64,000 nt of DNA from Candidatus Aminicenantes bacterium (GTDB lineage: Bacteria; Acidobacteriota; Aminicenantia; Aminicenantales; JAFGBC01), in NCBI GenBank assembly GCA_963702005.1, contig OY969696.1, positions 3,775,692 to 3,839,691 on the forward strand, in the 5' to 3' direction. Shown here piece by piece: positions 56,958-64,000 of this stretch; position 1 is the stretch's first letter; the number at the start of each line of letters is the position of its first letter. The notes beneath the pieces were generated by a model. It did not search any database. It was not told where the DNA came from and worked only from the letters and a program-made list of their open reading frames with translations. The position numbers were made by a program, and so were the translations under genes.

Positions 56958-58160
56958 TCACAGCAGCGAAAAATCGAAGGCGTCGTCGAGGAGGGCTTCG
57001 CGCCAGGCCCCGACGTTCTGGGCCAAGGAGACGGCCCGGCTGATCTCCATGACGCCCTTCTTGGTGCCCATCCAGATGGCGCCGGCCAGGACGCCGTCCT
57101 TGAGGACGATTTTCTTGTAAAGTCCCTTCTCCTTGTCCTCGCGCCGGAGCTCCTCGAAGCCGGGGCCCTCGGGAAGGGCCGTCCCGACCGAGGTCAGATA
57201 AAGCCCGACGACCTTGAGCGTGTTGGAAACGACGCTCCCCTCGTAGGGCTTTGTTTCGCCCAGGATGTTGTAAGCCGCGGCCCGAGCCTGGTCGAAAGCG
57301 GCCGGGATGATGCCGTAGAGGCGGCCCCGGTGCTGGGCGACATCGCCGGCGGCGTAGACGTCGGATTTGGAGGCCGCCAGGAAGTCGTCGACGACGACCC
57401 CGCGCTCGACCGCCAGGCCGGCGGCCCGAGCCATGTCGAGGTTGGGCTTGACGCCGGCCGCGACGATGACCATGTCGGCCAGTATCTCCTCGCCGCCCTT
57501 GAGTCGTAGGCCGTGCGCCTCCCCCTCGCCCAGGATTTCCTCGGTCGCGACTTGGATGCGGACCGCAATCCCCAGCCGTTCGATCTGGGTCTTGAGGAGG
57601 GCGGCGCCGGCCGGGTCGAGCTGACGGGGCAAAAGCCGGTCTAAGAATTCGACGACCGTCGCCTGAGCGCCGCGCGCGGTCAGGGCTCGGGCGATCTCGA
57701 GCCCCAGGACGCCGCCGCCGATGAGGGCGACCCGGGGATGCCCTTTTAAATAATCGAGAATGGCCAGGGCGTCGTCGAGCGACTTAAGCGTGAAGACGCC
57801 CTTCTTATCCGCGCCGCGGATGGGCGGGACCAAGGACGAGGAGCCGTTGGCGAGGAGAAGGGCATCATAGCGCTCGCGCCCGCCGCCCGCGGTCCGGACC
57901 TCCCGCGTCTCGGGCAGGATCTTTTCGACGGCCCGTCCGAGCCGGACATCGATCCGGCTCTTCTCGTTCCAGCGGTCGGGGAAGGCATAGACGCGCTCCA
58001 GGGGAAGGTTCCCGGCCAAGAATTCGATCAGGTTCGGTCTCGGGTAGTAATGATACTTTTCGGCCGCGAACTCGACGATCTCGACCTCGGCGTCGAGCTC
58101 GCGAAGCGTCTTGGCGGCCATGGTGCCGGCCAGACCGTTGCCGACGATGACGACTCTCAT
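56958..58160 (-). CDS. FAD-dependent pyridine nucleotide-disulfide oxidoreductase, rubredoxin-reductase-like
   Basis: Two Rossmann GxGxxG/A motifs (VVIVGNGLAG; ALIGGGVLGLE). Start at MRVVIVGNG. Sits immediately downstream of a rubredoxin gene. Confidence 0.7.
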   Translation of the reverse strand: MRVVIVGNGLAGTMAAKTLRELDAEVEIVEFAAEKYHYYPRPNLIEFLAGNLPLERVYAFPDRWNEKSRIDVRLGRAVEKILPETREVRTAGGGRERYDALLLANGSSSLVPPIRGADKKGVFTLKSLDDALAILDYLKGHPRVALIGGGVLGLEIARALTARGAQATVVEFLDRLLPRQLDPAGAALLKTQIERLGIAVRIQVATEEILGEGEAHGLRLKGGEEILADMVIVAAGVKPNLDMARAAGLAVERGVVVDDFLAASKSDVYAAGDVAQHRGRLYGIIPAAFDQARAAAYNILGETKPYEGSVVSNTLKVVGLYLTSVGTALPEGPGFEELRREDKEKGLYKKIVLKDGVLAGAIWMGTKKGVMEISRAVSLAQNVGAWREALLDDAFDFSLL

Positions 58161-58191
58161 GATCGGGAGGGGCGCGCCGAAGGTACCGGGC

Positions 58192-58353
58192 TCAAGCGAC
58201 CTTCTGGAAGAGGTCTTTGGCGACGCCGCACTGGGGGCAGACCCAGGTGTCGGGAAGGGCTTCAAACGGGGTCCCGGGCGGGACGCCGTTGTCGGGGTCG
58301 CCGACCGCCGGGTCGTAGATGTATCCGCAGGCCGTACATTCCCACTTCTCCAT
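58192..58353 (-). CDS. rd: Rubredoxin (53 aa, below the ORF-track length cutoff)
   Basis: Hand translation of the minus strand gives [53 protein letters not shown]. Both CxxCG knuckles (CTACG, CPQCG) are present. Confidence 0.85.
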   Translation of the reverse strand: MEKWECTACGYIYDPAVGDPDNGVPPGTPFEALPDTWVCPQCGVAKDLFQKVA

Positions 58354-58395
58354 CTATCCTCCTTGATCCTCTATCGGCCGAGAGGCGTCCCGGAC

Positions 58396-58857
58396 TCAAC
58401 CTTCGGTCAAGACGAACCGCTCATACTCGATCTCGAGCTTGCGCTTGTGCCCTTTCTCCTGCTCGCGCAGAAATTCGAAAAGCCGCTTGAGGTCAGCGTC
58501 CCCGGACCGGGCGGCCAGGGCGTCGTAAAGGGCGGCTGTCGCGCCCTCCTTTTTTGCGGCGAAAATGAGGACATCCTGGAAGGACATCCTTTCGTCGAGC
58601 GGCTCGGCCATGAGGGCGTCGCTGAGCTTGATGTCCTCGACAGCGACCATATCCAGGGCGGGGACGTTCCGCGGATCGAGACCCTCCAGGAGCTCCTTGT
58701 GACGCTTCTCCTCGGTCTGGAGGTCCAGGAGCGTCTTGGTCAGGCCGGGGCTCTTGGCGATCGAGGCCAGCCGGCCGTACTCGCGGAAGGAGGCCTCCTC
58801 GCGGCCGACGGCATAGGCGATCACGTCCCGGGGCGTCGAAAATTTGGGGTCTGACAT
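58396..58857 (-). CDS. Ferritin-like domain protein (paralogue of 35812..36321)
   Basis: 153 aa with E…EKRH diiron-type motifs. Heads the operon with rubredoxin and its reductase. Confidence 0.55.
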   Translation of the reverse strand: MSDPKFSTPRDVIAYAVGREEASFREYGRLASIAKSPGLTKTLLDLQTEEKRHKELLEGLDPRNVPALDMVAVEDIKLSDALMAEPLDERMSFQDVLIFAAKKEGATAALYDALAARSGDADLKRLFEFLREQEKGHKRKLEIEYERFVLTEG

Positions 58858-58869
58858 CTTGCGTCTATG

Positions 58870-58897
58870 ATTATATCCAATCCCGACTCTCTGTCAA
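58870..58897 (-). promoter_or_regulatory. Sigma70-type promoter TTGACA-16-TATAAT for the ferritin-like/rubredoxin operon. Its -35 box abuts the family-2 palindrome.
   Basis: Minus strand reads tctTTGACAgagagtcgggattggaTATAATcatagacgcaagATG. The -10 lies only ~12 nt from the ATG, implying a very short leader. Confidence 0.4.
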
Positions 58898-58898
58898 A

Positions 58899-58992
58899 GA
58901 ATTCTGGGGACAAGAATTCTGGGGACACACGACTTAATTCGACGCTTCAGTATATTGGGGATGATCGAATTAAGTCGTGTGTCCCCAGAATT
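58899..58992. repeat. Family-2 palindrome copy: 29-nt arms (gaattctggggacacacgacttaattcga), 22-nt loop, preceded by a 15-nt partial tandem duplicate of the arm start
   Basis: Seen directly. Arms are identical to the 34620-34676 copy. Confidence 0.85.
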
Positions 58993-59120
58993 ACTTCTAC
59001 GCGGGCAGTGCTTGAAGAAGACGGATATTTCCCTCCAACCCTCCGCGACACAGATCGCCTTCCCGTCGCGATTGTCCCTTTACCTTCTATAGGGAATTTT
59101 AGGCACGAGCAGCGTCGGAT

Positions 59121-59443
59121 GTCAACCCCTCGACACTCATGAAATCCATGAGTGCAGGCGTTTCGCAGTACCCATACTAAGCGGGAAACGGTTTAGTATG
59201 GGTGCTGCAAGGCTGCTCCCCGGCCTGGAGCTCCGTGAGTGCTGAATGCCGAGGCTTATTCGGGGCTGAAGCTCCACAGACTTTCACGTGGAGCTTCTGC
59301 CCTGAGCCCACTCAGCCCCATTCCTTCTAAAAGGGCTGAGTACAAAAGTGTCGCTTCTCGTCCCCGCCTTTCAGGGCGGCACACACGAACCGTTCCCGGT
59401 TCGTGAGTACTGCAAGGCTGGGTAGCGTCGGCTAACGGGTCAA
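59121..59443 (+). repeat. Family-3 modular element, copy D (expanded, ~320 nt, with several extra hairpin modules)
   Basis: Begins gtcaacccctcgacactcatgaaatccatgagtg and ends ccccgcctttcagggcgg…tgctgcaaggctgggtagcgtcggctaacgggtcaa. Confidence 0.7.
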
Positions 59444-59511
59444 GCCGCCGTCCCATATTTTCAGGGACTCATGAATCGGCGAAGAGGAGATGTGCCGGAT
59501 TTAGGGGGAGG

Positions 59512-60741
59512 TTAAAACGGTCTTTTTGATCCGGCTGCGGCACCGGCTTTCTTCAACAGCGTCTTTGAAGTGTCCTCGCTCGAGGAGGTCAAATAGATCT
59601 CATAGTTATTCGGTGTGTAATCGGCCCAGACAACATGAATGTGAGAGCTGTCTATTGCTATTGAAGGAGTCCGGGAGTCTCCTGCGTTATTAGAGAGATT
59701 CTGGAGGGCTTGCCAAGAAAGCCCTTCATCGGGTGATGTCCTGAAATAGATCTCACTGAGTCCCCCTGTCCAGTCATTCCAGACGACATAGAGATTCTGG
59801 CCGCGAACAACTATTTTTGGATTCCAAGAGTGACCCGGCGTATTGGTAATCCTTTTAGGACCCTGCCAGCTAGCCCCTCCATTCGTTGATTTCCTGAAGT
59901 AGATCTCGTTGTTCCCCGGCGTATTATCCCCCCAAACCACAAAGAGGCTTGACCCGCTTACGGCGATGGAGGGATACCAGGAGCTGCCCGAACTAAAGGA
60001 GAGCCTTTTGCTCGCTTGCCAAGAGGCTCCCTCATCGGATGACTTCATAAAATAGATCTCATAATTCATGGGAGCGTAATCCGTCCATACCAGATAGAGG
60101 GTCGATCCGTTAACGGCGATGGCCGGAAGCCAGGAAGTAGTGGACGTAAAGGTCAATCTCTTTACGGCCTGCCAGGTGGTTCCTCCATCCGACGAAGTCC
60201 TCATGTAAATCTCATCGTTTTCCTCTGCATTATTTATGTTTCCCGCTGCATTACCCATCCAGACAACATAGATCTTTGAGCGATGAACGGCAATTCTCGG
60301 ATTATGAAGGCCACCGCCACCGGCAAGAGATGTGATTCTTACCTGAGATTGCCAGGTCGCCCCTCCGTTCGCCGATTTCCTAAAGTAGATCTTGGAGTTT
60401 CCGGGGGTGTCATCCTCCCAGACGACATAGATCTTTGAGCCGTCAGCGGCGATGTCCGGGTTTTTTGAGACACCTGAAGTATAAGTGAGCCTCCGGGCAG
60501 CTTGCCAGGTGGCTCCTCGATCGGACGACTTCAAAAAATAGATTTCCGGATGCTCCGCCGTTATTTGGTCGTCATCCCAGACGACATAGACATTGGAACC
60601 GCCGAGGGCGATGGCGGGATTAAATGACGAACCCGTATTATTCGTAAGCCTCTTCGTATCCCAGTCGGCTCCATAGCCGATACTCGAAGAGAAGGCCGAC
60701 GAGATCAAAGCCGCTAAGACCATTATTCTGAAATGTTGCAT
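59512..60741 (-). CDS. BNR/Asp-box repeat protein (sialidase-like six-bladed beta-propeller), secreted. Located in a low-GC island.
   Basis: 409 aa. Signal peptide. Six Asp-boxes matching S-x-D/N-x-G-x-S/T-W (SSDRGATW, SANGGATW, SSDGGTTW, SSDEGASW, STNGGASW, SPDEGLSW). Local GC is ~47%. Confidence 0.7.
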   Translation of the reverse strand: MQHFRIMVLAALISSAFSSSIGYGADWDTKRLTNNTGSSFNPAIALGGSNVYVVWDDDQITAEHPEIYFLKSSDRGATWQAARRLTYTSGVSKNPDIAADGSKIYVVWEDDTPGNSKIYFRKSANGGATWQSQVRITSLAGGGGLHNPRIAVHRSKIYVVWMGNAAGNINNAEENDEIYMRTSSDGGTTWQAVKRLTFTSTTSWLPAIAVNGSTLYLVWTDYAPMNYEIYFMKSSDEGASWQASKRLSFSSGSSWYPSIAVSGSSLFVVWGDNTPGNNEIYFRKSTNGGASWQGPKRITNTPGHSWNPKIVVRGQNLYVVWNDWTGGLSEIYFRTSPDEGLSWQALQNLSNNAGDSRTPSIAIDSSHIHVVWADYTPNNYEIYLTSSSEDTSKTLLKKAGAAAGSKRPF

Positions 60742-60850
60742 TTTTCCCTCCCTCCCATGTTTGCCTTAAATTTAGGCCTGTTTATATTATCTGTCAAGGG
60801 ATGGTCTGTGAGGATTCCCTGCCAACCTCAGAGTTGCCGTAGCCTCGGAA

Positions 60851-61669
60851 TTATTTCTGGCAGCGGGGACAGAAATGGGTCGAGCGCTGGCCGAGCCGGA
60901 TGCGCTCGATGGGCCGGCCGCAGCGGGGACAGGGCTCGCCCGTCCGGCCGTAGGCCTTGAACTCGAGTTGGAACTCGCCCTCGACGCCGTCGCAGTCCGC
61001 GAAATCGCGGATGGTCGCGCCGCCCAGCCGGACGGCTTTCCGCAGGACGCTCCGGACGGCCGCCCGAAGCCGACGGACTTCAGCCGGGCTGAGGCCCGAT
61101 GCGCGCCGGAGAGGATGGAGCCGCGATTCGAAAAGGATCTCGTCGGCGTAGATGTTTCCGATCCCGGCCAGGACGGATTGGTCGAGTAGGAGGCTCTTGA
61201 GCCGGGCCGTTCGTCCCCCGAGAACCGCTCCGAGTTCGCGCAAGGAAACCTTGAGAGGCTCCGGGCCGAGCGCGGCCAGGAGAGGGCCGCGCGGCAGGCC
61301 GTCCGTCCTCTGCAGGCTCATGAACCCGAACTTCCGGACGTCCCGGAACAGAAGCCGTCTCGGCTCATTCCGGAAGGTGACGACGGCATGGGTGTGCTTG
61401 TCCGGCCGGGCCGGCGCCGGCGAGAACAGGAATTGGCCTGTCATCTTGAGATGGAAGACGATCGTCCGGCCGCCCTCGCAGTCGACGAGAATGAGCTTGC
61501 CGCGCCTCCGAACCCGCAGGATCGCTTTCCCGCGGAGCGCCCGCAGGTCGGCCGTCGAAGCGTCCTTCAAGAGGTGAGGCGACCGGACGCGGACGCCCTC
61601 AATAACCAGGCCCAGGATCCGGACCATCAACCCGCGCACGACGGTTTCGACTTCGGGCAACTCCGGCAT
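60851..61669 (-). CDS. mutM: Formamidopyrimidine-DNA glycosylase
   Basis: 272 aa. N-terminal MPELPEVETV. C-terminal zinc finger CPRCG…CPRCQ. Confidence 0.9.
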   Translation of the reverse strand: MPELPEVETVVRGLMVRILGLVIEGVRVRSPHLLKDASTADLRALRGKAILRVRRRGKLILVDCEGGRTIVFHLKMTGQFLFSPAPARPDKHTHAVVTFRNEPRRLLFRDVRKFGFMSLQRTDGLPRGPLLAALGPEPLKVSLRELGAVLGGRTARLKSLLLDQSVLAGIGNIYADEILFESRLHPLRRASGLSPAEVRRLRAAVRSVLRKAVRLGGATIRDFADCDGVEGEFQLEFKAYGRTGEPCPRCGRPIERIRLGQRSTHFCPRCQK

Positions 61670-61817
61670 GCCGCTATTCTAACACACCGATTGGACCGGT
61701 ATACTTTTCCACACGCGTGATGATGGCGTTTTGAGGAGGGGTGTAGCTAAGCCCCACACCCCGAACGAAGCCGGGCTTGATTTGTTCTCCTCTTTTCTAT
61801 AATATGGGACACCGGAC

Positions 61818-62186
61818 ATGAAACCGAAAGTCGTCGTCGCCCCCATCCTGGGTTGGATCGTCCCCGGCCTGGGCCACGTCGTCCAGAAAAAATATCTTCG
61901 CGGCGCCATCTTCTTCGTCTCGATCGCCGCCATGACGGCCCTGGGCCTGGCCATGGGCGGGCGCATCTATCCCTTCCAGACCGAAAACCCGCTGACCATC
62001 CTCGCCTTCCTCGCCGACCTGGGAAACCTCCTCGTCTACGGGCTCGCCCGCCTCCTGGGCTTCGGGCAGGGCGCCTTGGAGCGGATGACCTTCGAGTTCG
62101 GGACGGCCTATATCGCGGGCGCCGGCCTCCTGAACTACCTCATCGCCCTGGACGCCCACGATATCGCCGTGGGGAAGAAGAAATGA
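61818..62186 (+). CDS. Small membrane protein (TM2-domain-like G-x-x-PGLGH motif)
   Basis: 122 aa, 3-4 TM. ILGWIVPGLGHVVQKKYLRG motif. Confidence 0.4.
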   Translation: MKPKVVVAPILGWIVPGLGHVVQKKYLRGAIFFVSIAAMTALGLAMGGRIYPFQTENPLTILAFLADLGNLLVYGLARLLGFGQGALERMTFEFGTAYIAGAGLLNYLIALDAHDIAVGKKK

Positions 62187-62362
62187 TCTTCGAGAGCCAC
62201 CTGCTGTCCATGGTCGTCTACGCCTTCTTCACGGCCCTCGTCCTGGCCTTCATCCGGCGCCAGGATCGGAAGGCCCGCCTCCGCTACGGGTTGTTCGTCT
62301 TCCTGATCATGGTCGGCGGCGCCCTCCTGTTCGGCTGGTTCATGTACTTGTTCACGCTCTAA
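62183..62362 (+). CDS. Small 2-TM membrane protein (59 aa). Its start overlaps the upstream stop (ATGA).
   Basis: MIFESHLLSMVVYAFFTALVLAFIRRQDRKARLRYGLFVFLIMVGGALLFGWFMYLFTL, in frame inside track ORF 61853..62362. The call rests on translational coupling. Confidence 0.3.
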   Translation: MIFESHLLSMVVYAFFTALVLAFIRRQDRKARLRYGLFVFLIMVGGALLFGWFMYLFTL

Positions 62363-62383
62363 GAGCGTTCGGGCGAGGTCTTG

Positions 62384-63082
62384 ATGCTTGTCAGCGACAA
62401 CTTGATCGAGCTTTTCCACATCTGGCATCAGTACCAACGTCCCAACTGGGCCTTGTCCGATATCTCGCTCCGGGTCAAGAAGGGGGACTTCGTTTTCCTG
62501 ACCGGGCCGAGCGGGTCGGGCAAGACGACCCTCCTCAAGATCATCTTCCGCGAGCTCATCCCGACCGAGGGCCAGATCGTCATCGAGGGCGTCAACATCC
62601 TGCGCATCCCCGACCACGGCATTTACCGGCTGCGGCGGATGATCGGGATCGTCTTTCAGGACTTCCGGCTTCTCTTTCACCGGCCCGTCTTCGAGAACGT
62701 CGCCCTCCCCCTTCAGGTCCTGGGCGTCCCCCGCAAGGACATCCGCCGCCGCGTCTTCAACGCCCTGCGCATGGTCAACCTCCAGCACAAGCTCGGCGAC
62801 CCCCCCTCCCATCTCTCCTACGGCGAGCAGCAGCGGGTCGCCATCGCCCGGGCCATCGTCAACGCGCCCAAGATCCTCCTGGCCGACGAGCCGACCGGCA
62901 ACCTCGACACCGAGCTGGCCTTCGAGATCATCAGCCTGTTCAAGGAAATCAATAAGCAGGGGACGACCGTCATCATCGGGACCCACGACAAGGAGCTCAT
63001 CCGGCACTTCGGGTCCAAGATTCTTTTCCTCCAGGCCGGCAAGCTCTTGGGAAAGGACGCACTCCCATCCTCCGAAAATTGA
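62384..63082 (+). CDS. ftsE: Cell division ATP-binding protein FtsE
   Basis: Walker A GPSGSGKTT, signature LSYGEQQR, Walker B LLADEPTGNLD. ATG 62384 preceded by GAGGT. Confidence 0.85.
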   Translation: MLVSDNLIELFHIWHQYQRPNWALSDISLRVKKGDFVFLTGPSGSGKTTLLKIIFRELIPTEGQIVIEGVNILRIPDHGIYRLRRMIGIVFQDFRLLFHRPVFENVALPLQVLGVPRKDIRRRVFNALRMVNLQHKLGDPPSHLSYGEQQRVAIARAIVNAPKILLADEPTGNLDTELAFEIISLFKEINKQGTTVIIGTHDKELIRHFGSKILFLQAGKLLGKDALPSSEN

Positions 63083-63963
63083 AGTACCTGGTCGGGGTCG
63101 GCCTGAGCAGCCTCTGGCAGTTCAGGATGCGGAATTTGTTCTCGGTGACGATCATCTGCCTGTCGTTCCTGATCCTGGGCGTTTTCTGGTCGCTGTCCAA
63201 CAACCTCCAGCATATCGCCGCCCAGCTCGGGAAAAAGTTGGTCATCACCCTGTATCTGAACAAGGACCTCCCCGGCAAGGACGTCGGCCTCATCCGGGAC
63301 AAGGCCGGCCGCTCCCCCGTCGTCGATTCCCTCCGGGTCATCGGCGAGGAGGAGGCCAAGGGGCGATTTCTGGCGAGCTTCCCCGAGCTCAAGGACGTCC
63401 TCGACAACATCAAGGTCAATCCTTTTCCGGCCTCGGTCGAGGTGGTCCTCCGGGCGGACCAGGCGCGGCCCGAAGCCGTGACGGCCTTCATCCAGAGCAT
63501 GGCCGCGACGCCCGGCGTCGAGGACATCCAATACAACCGGGATTGGGTCGAAAAGGTCCGCTCCCTGGGCCGGCTGGCCCGGGCGATCGGTCTCTTCCTG
63601 GGCGGAATCCTCATCCTGGCCTCCTTCTTCATCATCTCCAACGTCATCAAGCTCAACGTCCTGTCTCGCAAGAACGAGATCGAGATTCTCCGCTTGGTCG
63701 GCGGCACCAACACCTTCATTCGCGTCCCGTTCCTGATCGAGGGCACCATCCTGGGCATCCTGGGGAGTCTGGTCTCGCTTCTTCTCCTCCTCGTCCTGAT
63801 CAAGATTTTCCCCCTCTACTTAGGGTCGTCGCTGGGCGCCCTCCAAGAATTATTGAACTTCCGCTACCTCTCCTTCTCTCAGGGGCTGGGTTTGGTCGCG
63901 GCCGGCGGCGCGATCGGCTGGCTGGGAAGCTTGACCTCGGTTTCGAAGTTCCTCAAGGCATGA
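63079..63963 (+). CDS. ftsX: Cell division permease FtsX (probable TTG start overlapping the ftsE stop)
   Basis: 294 aa. N-terminal TM, periplasmic domain, three C-terminal TM helices. No ATG/GTG is available upstream in frame. Confidence 0.75.
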   Translation: MKYLVGVGLSSLWQFRMRNLFSVTIICLSFLILGVFWSLSNNLQHIAAQLGKKLVITLYLNKDLPGKDVGLIRDKAGRSPVVDSLRVIGEEEAKGRFLASFPELKDVLDNIKVNPFPASVEVVLRADQARPEAVTAFIQSMAATPGVEDIQYNRDWVEKVRSLGRLARAIGLFLGGILILASFFIISNVIKLNVLSRKNEIEILRLVGGTNTFIRVPFLIEGTILGILGSLVSLLLLLVLIKIFPLYLGSSLGALQELLNFRYLSFSQGLGLVAAGGAIGWLGSLTSVSKFLKA

Positions 63964-64000
63964 CCATCCCGGGCGCGGACAAGGAAGCGTTTATTGACAG

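Noticed and set aside
1-64000. CRISPR arrays, tRNA/rRNA genes, obvious defence-system modules (nucleases, helicases, ATPases in operons)
   Set aside because: No regularly spaced short direct repeats. No cloverleaf-compatible sequence in any spacer >70 nt. All ATPase and nuclease-like genes have clear housekeeping assignments.

Overview
High-GC (~65%) bacterial chromosomal window with gene content suggestive of Acidobacteriota-like soil bacteria; this taxonomic reading is tentative. It contains about 50 protein-coding genes, mostly housekeeping and stress genes interleaved with accessory loci. Main loci are listed below.

- 1-827: the 3' end of a catalase gene.
- 16763-24457: an MdtABC-like efflux operon (one membrane-fusion protein followed by two tandem RND permeases), sitting behind a frameshifted, truncated 7TM-PAS-HisKA_2 sensor kinase.
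- 35812-39946: a compact Fe-S assembly / NAD / peroxide-detoxification cluster (nfu, iscS, iscU, nadA, rubrerythrin, a ferritin-like gene).
- 56958-58857: a second oxidative-stress cluster (rubredoxin reductase, an unannotated 53-aa rubredoxin, a ferritin-like gene).
- 31784-34584: class II ribonucleotide reductase (nrdJ) and endonuclease III (nth).
- Other housekeeping genes: tag (43080-43646), mutM (60851-61669), alr-purA (50294-52782), ftsEX (62384-63963).
- Several carbohydrate-active enzyme genes, two of which (13322-14740 and 59512-60741) sit in conspicuously low-GC (~48%) islands.

The most interesting material is non-coding.

- Family 1 is a ~24-nt REP-like palindromic unit. It occurs as singlets, as a perfect inverted doublet, and flanking an IS200/IS605-type Y1 transposase gene (5885-6328) in a REP-RAYT-REP arrangement.
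- Family 2 is a 27-bp-arm perfect palindrome lying just upstream of gene starts and promoters (nrdJ, ferritin-like gene, SBBP gene, membrane glycosyltransferase).
- Family 3 is a ~110-nt modular two-hairpin element with four copies. All four are in the same orientation, and the stem differences between copies are compensatory. This pattern is a candidate small-RNA or miniature mobile element family.

Other notable points are homopolymer-associated frameshifts in a sensor kinase and an RND pump, a 3' remnant of an ICMT-type methyltransferase gene, a PHP-glycosyltransferase fusion, an orphan AmmeMemoRadiSam radical-SAM gene, and a Fur-like AT-rich palindrome upstream of the Fe-S operon. I saw no CRISPR array, tRNA or rRNA. 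Features whose coordinates I indexed by hand may be off by 1-2 nt.
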